32,000 nucleotides of DNA, taken from assembly GCA_038246785.1 (NCBI GenBank), contig JBBRVP010000006.1, positions 73,304-105,303 of the forward strand, in the 5' to 3' direction. Shown one piece after another: positions 26,083 through 32,000 of this stretch (position 1 is the stretch's first letter; every line of letters begins with the position of its first letter). Under the pieces are notes generated by a model. It was not told the origin of the DNA and did not search any database. It saw nothing but the letters and a program-made list of their open reading frames with translations. The position numbers were made by a program, and so were the translations under genes. The stretch comes from Jiangellales bacterium. GTDB lineage: Bacteria > Actinomycetota > Actinomycetes > Jiangellales > Jiangellaceae.

Positions 26083-26775
26083 ATGACCGATCTCGACCTG
26101 CGCACGCCCGACCTCCTGCCGGTGCTGTCGCGCGGCAAACACCGCAACCCCCGCTCGGGAGCCTGCTTCATGGAGCTGGCCTCCTTCCTCGCCGGCGAGC
26201 GGTGGAGCGATCACCCGTCCTGCACCCACCCGCTGCTCGCGGCGTTGGCGCGCTCGGTCAACGACCACACCTCCGATGCGGGACGTTCGCGGCTCGCGCC
26301 GCTGGTGCCTTCGGTGATCGGGCTGCGCAGCGACGACCTGCACGTCGACGTCCGCATCGCGCTTCGCGCCTCGCGCGCGGCGCTGCCCGTGGTCGCGGAG
26401 GAGCGCCAGCGAGTGATGGCGGTCTCGCTGCTGTCCGCCGAGCGGATGCTCGACGGCCTCGACGGGCGGCCGGTCGGCACCCTCGAGCCGGCCAGCGTCG
26501 AGGCGCTGGACAGCGCCCCGCTCGCGGCGCAGTGGGCTCGCCGGTTCTCCCGGCTCACCTCGACGCGGCCCAAGGGCTTCCGCAAGCACGCGGCGCCGGC
26601 CACGGTGGCCTACGCCGTCGACGGCATCGCCCGCGCCGCCGTGCCCGACACCGACGCAGCGCTCGCCGATCTGCTGGAGGCGACCGTTGCCGAGTGCGTC
26701 GAGCTGGTGGGTGCGGGGCGGCCCCGCGTCGACACCGAGCAGTGGCAGGCGGCCTGCGCGCTGACGGTGCGCTGA
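26083..26775 (+). CDS. Conserved hypothetical protein, 230 aa
   Basis: This is the only credible part of the 1371-aa track ORF 22660..26775. ATG 26083 is preceded by GGGGAG at 26070-26075. The N-terminal box is LSRGKHRNPRSGACFMELASFLAGERWSDHPSCTHPLLAALA, and the remainder is helical and Ala/Leu-rich. Confidence 0.7.
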   Translation: MTDLDLRTPDLLPVLSRGKHRNPRSGACFMELASFLAGERWSDHPSCTHPLLAALARSVNDHTSDAGRSRLAPLVPSVIGLRSDDLHVDVRIALRASRAALPVVAEERQRVMAVSLLSAERMLDGLDGRPVGTLEPASVEALDSAPLAAQWARRFSRLTSTRPKGFRKHAAPATVAYAVDGIARAAVPDTDAALADLLEATVAECVELVGAGRPRVDTEQWQAACALTVR

Positions 26776-26780
26776 GCCCT

Positions 26781-27716
26781 TCAGCGCCGGGGCGGCCACC
26801 AGCCGGCACGCCCCAGCAGCGCCGGCGGCCTGTCCTTGCCGAGCTCGCCGCAGATCCACGCGCCGGCCGCGGCCACCGCCATGGCATCGACGCCGGTCGG
26901 GTAGCCGCTGCGCTCCAGCGCGTAGCCGAGGTCCTCGGTGGCGATGTTGCCGGTGGCGTTGGGGGCGAACGGGCAGCCGCCGATGCCTCCGGCGCTCGCG
27001 TCGAGCACCCGCACGCCGGCGTCGGCTGCGGCGAGCGCGTTGGCGTACCCGGTGTTGCGGGTGTTGTGGAAGTGCGCGCGCAGCGCCACCCCCGGGGCGG
27101 CGTCGCGGGCGCCCGCGACGAGCGCGCGCACCTGCACCGGCACGGCCACCCCGATGGTGTCGGCGAGCGCGATTTCATCCGGCGCTCCGGCGGCGACGTC
27201 GGCCACCACCCGCAGCGTCCGCTCGGGCGCGACCTCGCCGTCGAACGGGCAGCCGAACGCAGCCGAGACCGTCACCGAGGTGCGCAGCCCGCCGGCCCGG
27301 GCCGCCGCGACGATCTCCAACGCTGCGTCGACGAGCTCGGCGGCCGAGGCACCCTGGTTGGCCCGGGCGAAGGAGTCGGTCGTGATGACGACGACGTTGA
27401 CCTCGTCGACGCCCGCCGCCAGCGCCCGGTCCAGGCCGCGCCGGTTGAGCACAAGCCCGATGAAGGACACCGCCGCGGTGCGCGGCACCGCGGCCATGAC
27501 CGCCTCGGCGTCGGCCATCTGCGGGACCCGCGCTGGGTGGGCGAAGGACACCGCCTCGATGCGGCGTACGCCGGCGGCCACGGCCCGCTCGATGAGCTCG
27601 ACCTTGGTCTGCGTCGGCAGCAGCGTGGCCTCGTTCTGCAGGCCGTCGCGGGGGGCGACCTCGACGATCTCGACAGCCGGCATGGGCAGCACTCTGCCAC
27701 GCCGAGCGGGCCTCAT
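26781..27716 (-). CDS. Hydroxymethylglutaryl-CoA lyase
   Basis: Track ORF of 311 aa. ATG 27683 (MPAVEIVEVAPRDGLQNE) is an alternative start. Family boxes are EVAPRDGLQNE, the catalytic and metal-binding region HFHNTRNTGYANALAA, and GGIGGCPFAPNATGNIATEDL. Confidence 0.9.
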   Translation of the reverse strand: MRPARRGRVLPMPAVEIVEVAPRDGLQNEATLLPTQTKVELIERAVAAGVRRIEAVSFAHPARVPQMADAEAVMAAVPRTAAVSFIGLVLNRRGLDRALAAGVDEVNVVVITTDSFARANQGASAAELVDAALEIVAAARAGGLRTSVTVSAAFGCPFDGEVAPERTLRVVADVAAGAPDEIALADTIGVAVPVQVRALVAGARDAAPGVALRAHFHNTRNTGYANALAAADAGVRVLDASAGGIGGCPFAPNATGNIATEDLGYALERSGYPTGVDAMAVAAAGAWICGELGKDRPPALLGRAGWWPPRR

Positions 27717-27744
27717 CCCGTCCGCGTCTCACCCGATCGCGACG

Positions 27745-28752
27745 TTACGACGCAGCGCCGCCGTGGTGCGCGAGCAGCGTGCCGGCGAGGTCGCGGCTGG
27801 CGTCTGCCAGGGTTGCCGGCTCCATGACGTAGGCGTCGGGGCCGGCCGTGATGAGCACCAGCCCGAGCCGCTGCGCCACCGGTGGCAGCAGCTCGGCGCG
27901 CAGCTTGACGTCGGCCTCGTCCTCCTGCACCACCTCGACCCGTTCGGCGAAACGCTCGACGGCCCACCGGCGGTCCTGGGGCACAACGAGCTCGACCGCA
28001 GTGACGGCGCGGTTGGCGGCCACCAGCGCGTCGAGGTCGTCCGGCGGGTCGAAGGTCTCGGCGAGGACGTCCACCGACGTGATGCCCGAGACCAGGTACG
28101 TGCGCAGCCGCCGCCGCTCGTCGGGCGGGCCTGCATCGAGCTCCCAGCCCCGGCGGGTGTGGACGAGCCGGTAGGGCTCGACGACCCGTCCGGCGGTGCC
28201 CGGGCGCCAGGCCCGCGCATAGCCCAGCCGTACCCGGCGGTGCTCGGAGACCGCCCGGGCGAGCTCCCGGGCCACGGCCGGCCGGGTGCTCACGGCCGGG
28301 TCGGCGGCGGCGCCCTCGGTGCCGGTCTCGACCGGGAGCAAGGACACCTCGAGCGCGTGGACGGCGTCCGCGAGCCCGGCGTTGGCCGGCTCCAGTGCCA
28401 GCAGCGCGGTGCCCGCCTGGTGCAACGCGGCCAGCTCGGCGGCCGAGACGTGCTCGACCCCGAGCTCACGCTCGGGCCGGGCCGAGGTCACCCGCAGCAC
28501 GTCCGCCGTCTGCGGGTCGTCGTCGCCGTCGCCACCGACGAACTCGACCACCGGCTGCGACCAGCTCTCGATGCCGTACTCCACGAGGTCGACGCGGTAG
28601 TAGGCGAGCACCGTGTCGCGCAACTGCTCGGCGTCGACGCCGAGCTCGCCCGCCAGCACGCTCAGCGGCAGGCCGTCGGGGTGGTGAGCGAGGACGTCGA
28701 GCACCTGGGGGAGCCCGACCACCCGCCGCAGGTAGCGGCTCGGCCCGCTCAC
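27745..28752 (-). CDS. HTH + WYL-domain transcriptional regulator, PafC-like
   Basis: Track ORF of 335 aa. The N-terminal wHTH is LPQVLDVLAHHPDGLPLSVLAGELGVDAEQLRDTV. The WYL-type core is RVRLGYARAWRPGTAGRVVEPYRLVHTRRGWELDA. The GTG start at 28752 overlaps the stop of the upstream WYL gene (GTGA, 28749-28752). Confidence 0.85.
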   Translation of the reverse strand: MSGPSRYLRRVVGLPQVLDVLAHHPDGLPLSVLAGELGVDAEQLRDTVLAYYRVDLVEYGIESWSQPVVEFVGGDGDDDPQTADVLRVTSARPERELGVEHVSAAELAALHQAGTALLALEPANAGLADAVHALEVSLLPVETGTEGAAADPAVSTRPAVARELARAVSEHRRVRLGYARAWRPGTAGRVVEPYRLVHTRRGWELDAGPPDERRRLRTYLVSGITSVDVLAETFDPPDDLDALVAANRAVTAVELVVPQDRRWAVERFAERVEVVQEDEADVKLRAELLPPVAQRLGLVLITAGPDAYVMEPATLADASRDLAGTLLAHHGGAAS

Positions 28753-29687
28753 GCCGAACCGCCTGCGATCGCAGTCAGCTCGTCGAGCACCTCGCGGCGC
28801 ACCTCGTCGGGTCCCACCAGCCGCACGCGCAGCCCGAGCTCGTAGAGCCGCCAGCGGAACGCCGCCCGGTGTGTGACACGGAAGGTCAGCCGCACGTCAT
28901 CGCCCTCCCCGGCCGCGGTGGTCGGCGGTCCGAGCAGGTGCTCGACGAGACTGCGGTGCTCGGGCGAACTGGCCACGACCACGTCGACCGGCGGATCGAC
29001 CCGCCACGACAGCGGGTCGAGTCCGCTGCGCGGGGCGTCGGGCGCCGGCTCGGCGGTGCCGGGGTGCTCCAGCACAACCCCTGCCATCCGGCCGACCACA
29101 AACTCCTTGACGAGCGCGGAGCCCTCCTCCCGCCCGCGCAGGTACCACCCCGAGGGGCCTGGGTGCACGGCGTACGGGTGCACGACGCGAACCACCTCCT
29201 TGTAGCCGAAGTGCAGCAGGCAGTGCCGGGACACCGCGCGCAGCACGCCGTCGAGCGCGGGTGGCGAGTCCGCGTCAACGACGCCCGTGGGTGCGGCGGC
29301 CGGTCGGGCCCCGGGGGTGCCCAGCTGCGCTGCCAGCGCCGGACGCCCGGCTGCCACGGCCGCCCGCACGAGCTCGGCGCGTTGGGCGGGCGACAGGGCG
29401 ACCTGCAGCCGGTTGTCCCGGGCGCGCAGGCGGTAGCGTCCGGCCTCGCCGGCGGGCGCGACGTTGCGGATGTCCCAGCCCTGCCGGTTCAGCTGCTCGA
29501 GGTCGCGGTTGAGCATCCGCTTGGCGTCCTCGGCCGCTGCCGTGCGGTAGCCGCCGACCTGGACCAGTCGCTGCGTCGGCACCGGTGCGTCGCTCGCCGC
29601 GAGCAGGGTGAGCAGGCGGACGACCCGCTCGGTGGGGGAGAGTTGGTCCCGGCCGCCGGCCGTTGCGCGGCGCTGTGGACGGCTCAT
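28749..29687 (-). CDS. HTH + WYL-domain transcriptional regulator, PafB-like
   Basis: This is the C-terminal 312 codons of track ORF 28749..30509, with the start at ATG 29687 (MSRPQRRATAGG...). The N-terminal wHTH is ERVVRLLTLLAASDAPVPTQRLVQ...AAEDAKRMLNRDLEQLNRQGWDIRNV. The WYL-type core is LLHFGYKEVVRVVHPYAVHPGPSGWYLRGRE. An ATGA overlap joins it to the GT4 stop (29684-29687). Confidence 0.85.
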   Translation of the reverse strand: MSRPQRRATAGGRDQLSPTERVVRLLTLLAASDAPVPTQRLVQVGGYRTAAAEDAKRMLNRDLEQLNRQGWDIRNVAPAGEAGRYRLRARDNRLQVALSPAQRAELVRAAVAAGRPALAAQLGTPGARPAAAPTGVVDADSPPALDGVLRAVSRHCLLHFGYKEVVRVVHPYAVHPGPSGWYLRGREEGSALVKEFVVGRMAGVVLEHPGTAEPAPDAPRSGLDPLSWRVDPPVDVVVASSPEHRSLVEHLLGPPTTAAGEGDDVRLTFRVTHRAAFRWRLYELGLRVRLVGPDEVRREVLDELTAIAGGSA

Positions 29688-31126
29688 CCGACCAGGGCGC
29701 CCCGCTTGAGCAGGGCGAACAGGTCGGCGTACTGGATGAGGTGGCGGTCGCCGAGGAACGCGTCCTGGACGCGCTGGCGGGCCGCGAGGCCCATCCGCTC
29801 GGCAAGCCCCTCGTCCTCGAGTAGCCGGCGCAGAGCCACCGCGACGGCCTTCAGGTCGCTGGGATCGTGCAGCAGCAGCCCCTCGCGGCCGTCGGCGATC
29901 TGGTCGACGATCCCGCCGACGGCGCTGGCGACGAGTGGGCGCCACTTCCACATCGCCTCGGTGACCGTGAGGCCGAAGCCCTCCATGAGGCTCTTCTGCA
30001 CGACCACGGCGGCCCGCCGCTGCAGGGCGTTGACGATGACCGCGTTCTCGTCGGCGTCGTCCATCGGCACGCAGACCAGGTGCACCCTCTCCTGCAGCCG
30101 CCAGCTCAGCGCCCGCCATAGCCCCACGCAGTCGGCGAGCACGGCGGCGCCCTCCGGGTCGTCGCTGACCCCGGCGACGTCGGGCCCGGCGAGCACGAGG
30201 TGCACGTCGTCGGGTGGGTCGAGGTGCTCGGTGAACGCGCGCAGCACGCCCTGCATGTCCTTGAGCTTGTCCCAGCGGCTGACCTGCAGGATGTAGCGCG
30301 CGTCCGTCGGCACCGGGTCGCCGTCGACCAGCAGGTCGGTATGGTGCCGCACCTCGCCGCCGGAGCCGTCGCGCCGGGTGAAGGCGACCGTCGCGGCGGT
30401 GCCGTCGTGGCCGATGACGCCGACCCGGCGCAGGATCGACTTCACCTGCTGCGGTCCGAGCGCGACGTTCTTCAAGGCGAAGGGGTCGATCGACGGCGGG
30501 ATCATCCACAGCCGCTCCGAGGGCACCCAGGAGGGGGCGTACTGCCGCCGGGTGAAGATGAAGCCCTGCGCGCGCTGGGTGTAGCGGCGGAGGAACTCCC
30601 AGCCGGCTTCGCTCAGCGGGTGCGCGTCGTCACGGCCGATGTGGCAGCGCCACACCACGTGCGCGCCGGTGCCGAGCAGGCCCTCGACGAGGCCGGCGGT
30701 CTGCGGGTCGTGCAGCAGGACGACGTCGCCGGGGCGCACCCGCTCGGCCATGGTCGCCAGGTTGGCGTCGAGCACCTCCTGGTAGTGGGCGTGCTCGGCC
30801 GCTCCCAGCAGCCCACCGTCGCCGGGGTCGCCGTGCAGGAAGTTGTGCAGCCGCTTGGTGAGGGCGAAGAACTCCGGGTCGCCGTCGAGGACCAGCCAGC
30901 GAGTGTCGACCCCCGCTCCGCGGCCGTACGCCAGCAGCGTCTGCAGCATCTCCGCGACGCCGCCGCCATGAGCGGTGGCGTTGACGTTCCACACCGCGTG
31001 GTCGCCGAGCACGTCGCGGGCCTGCGCCGCGGCGGTGGCCAGCCGACCGGTGCGCTCGGGGGTGAGCAGGGCGACGAGCCGCTCGAGCGGCACGGGGCTG
31101 ATGTCGACGTCCTGCATGGGCGCCAT
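29684..31126 (-). CDS. GT4-family glycosyltransferase, TreT (trehalose glycosyl-transferring synthase)-like
   Basis: Track ORF of 480 aa. The N-terminal block is WNVNATAHGGGVAEMLQTLLAYGRGAGVDTRWLVL.GDPEFFALTKRLHN.LHG, which I associate with TreT-type enzymes. The C-terminal GT-B block is VQKSLMEGFGLTVTEAMWK.RPLVASAVGGI.DQI.DG..GLL, carrying the E-x7-E-like region. Confidence 0.8.
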   Translation of the reverse strand: MAPMQDVDISPVPLERLVALLTPERTGRLATAAAQARDVLGDHAVWNVNATAHGGGVAEMLQTLLAYGRGAGVDTRWLVLDGDPEFFALTKRLHNFLHGDPGDGGLLGAAEHAHYQEVLDANLATMAERVRPGDVVLLHDPQTAGLVEGLLGTGAHVVWRCHIGRDDAHPLSEAGWEFLRRYTQRAQGFIFTRRQYAPSWVPSERLWMIPPSIDPFALKNVALGPQQVKSILRRVGVIGHDGTAATVAFTRRDGSGGEVRHHTDLLVDGDPVPTDARYILQVSRWDKLKDMQGVLRAFTEHLDPPDDVHLVLAGPDVAGVSDDPEGAAVLADCVGLWRALSWRLQERVHLVCVPMDDADENAVIVNALQRRAAVVVQKSLMEGFGLTVTEAMWKWRPLVASAVGGIVDQIADGREGLLLHDPSDLKAVAVALRRLLEDEGLAERMGLAARQRVQDAFLGDRHLIQYADLFALLKRGALVG

Positions 31127-31166
31127 CGTGCCGGGTCCGGGCCTGGCTGGATACGCCTCGAACGGA

Positions 31167-32000
31167 TCAGGTCGTGAGCCGCTCGACGTGGCGCAAGGCG
31201 AGGACGCTGTCGTCGTGCTCGTCGAGCACCGCGGTCTCGAAGCGCGCCGTAGCCTTGCGCCCGCGCAGCTCGAGCTGGCCGAGCCCGTTGCCGTAGGTCG
31301 GTCCGTACGTCACCTCCCACGACACGCCGAGGGGCGCGAGCCGGGCGGAGCGGCGCAGCGTCCGGCCGAGCCTCCGGGCGGCACGGGTGTGCGCGAAACG
31401 GAACATCCGCCTCGCCGACCGGGGAAAGGCGTTGCGCAGCGGCGAGCTCGTCAGCTGCACGACCGCAGCCCGTACCGGCAGCGACGGCGGAAAGCGCAAC
31501 GGCGCGACGTAGCTGTGGTGCACGTCGCCCGACAGCAGCACGACGCTTGCCGGCGGCTCACCGTGACGGCCGGCCGCGACCTCGCCGAGCCGGGCGACGA
31601 GCCGGCGGAACGAGTCCTCGAAGGCTGGCCAGTGCTCGAGGTCGATCGCCTGCCGGAGGCGTTCGGCGTACGCCGCGGCGCGGCGTCCCCACGCCGCGGA
31701 GCTGGCCAGCGCCTCGTCCCAGGCCTCCAGGTCGTGGATCGCCGGCTCGAGCACGACCGGCAGGGACGCTGCGACGAGCAGGTGGTCGACGTCGCCGGTG
31801 AGCTGAGAGTCGACGAAGTCCCACTCGTAGGCGCTGAGCATCTCCCGGCGCTGGTCGTCGAGCAGCCGGCCGGAGCGGGTGTCCACGACCACGAGCCTCG
31901 TGCGCCCGAGGTGGCGCACGTAGGAGAACATCGAGGGGTTGGCCGAGTTGACGTCCCGGTCGGCCCGCGCGGCGAAGTCCCGCAGCGCCGCGGTCAGGTC
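31167..32000 (-). CDS. PhoD-like (alkaline phosphatase D family) metallophosphatase, partial (the N-terminus lies beyond the right window edge)
   Basis: Track ORF 31167..31931. The frame stays open upstream to position 32000 (DLTAALRDFAARADRDVNSANPSMFSYVRH...), so the gene is 5'-truncated by the window. VVLLSGDVHHSYVA and LTSSPLRN resemble the C-terminal metallophosphatase motifs of PhoD-like proteins. This assignment is weaker than the others. Confidence 0.65.
   Translation of the reverse strand, partial: DLTAALRDFAARADRDVNSANPSMFSYVRHLGRTRLVVVDTRSGRLLDDQRREMLSAYEWDFVDSQLTGDVDHLLVAASLPVVLEPAIHDLEAWDEALASSAAWGRRAAAYAERLRQAIDLEHWPAFEDSFRRLVARLGEVAAGRHGEPPASVVLLSGDVHHSYVAPLRFPPSLPVRAAVVQLTSSPLRNAFPRSARRMFRFAHTRAARRLGRTLRRSARLAPLGVSWEVTYGPTYGNGLGQLELRGRKATARFETAVLDEHDDSVLALRHVERLTT

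Overview
The window looks like chromosomal DNA from a high-GC Actinomycetota genome (about 70-75% GC by eye). Coding density is near saturation. I saw no rRNA, tRNA, CRISPR array, transposase or integrase. Many of the longest ORFs in the supplied track are antisense or off-frame shadows typical of high-GC DNA. I picked real genes by protein-like sequence, family motifs, Shine-Dalgarno placement and stop/start junctions.

The centrepiece is a minus-strand [NiFe]-hydrogenase locus at about 8.7-21.3 kb, with motifs of group 1h (formerly group 5), the high-affinity type. Its order is hypA-hypB, a 164-nt gap, hhyS-hhyL, a NifU/Rieske-type Fe-S protein, three conserved unknowns, a 39-aa membrane microprotein missing from the ORF track as a separate entry, the maturation endopeptidase, and hypC. 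hypC is coupled by a GTGA overlap to a complete Fe(III)-type ABC importer. No hypD, hypE or hypF is present in the window. A tandem 18/19-nt direct repeat overlaps a promoter-like element upstream of hypA.

Flanking genes:
- a partial MFS transporter fused to a cNMP-binding domain, divergent from a HelD-like helicase
- a pirin followed by an MFS gene that has no canonical start codon
- a DUF2277 / ABC-F / GuaB1 run
- a coupled run of PhoD-like phosphatase, TreT-like GT4 glycosyltransferase, a PafB/PafC-like WYL regulator pair, and HMG-CoA lyase

All family names come from my reading of the translations. None were checked by database search.
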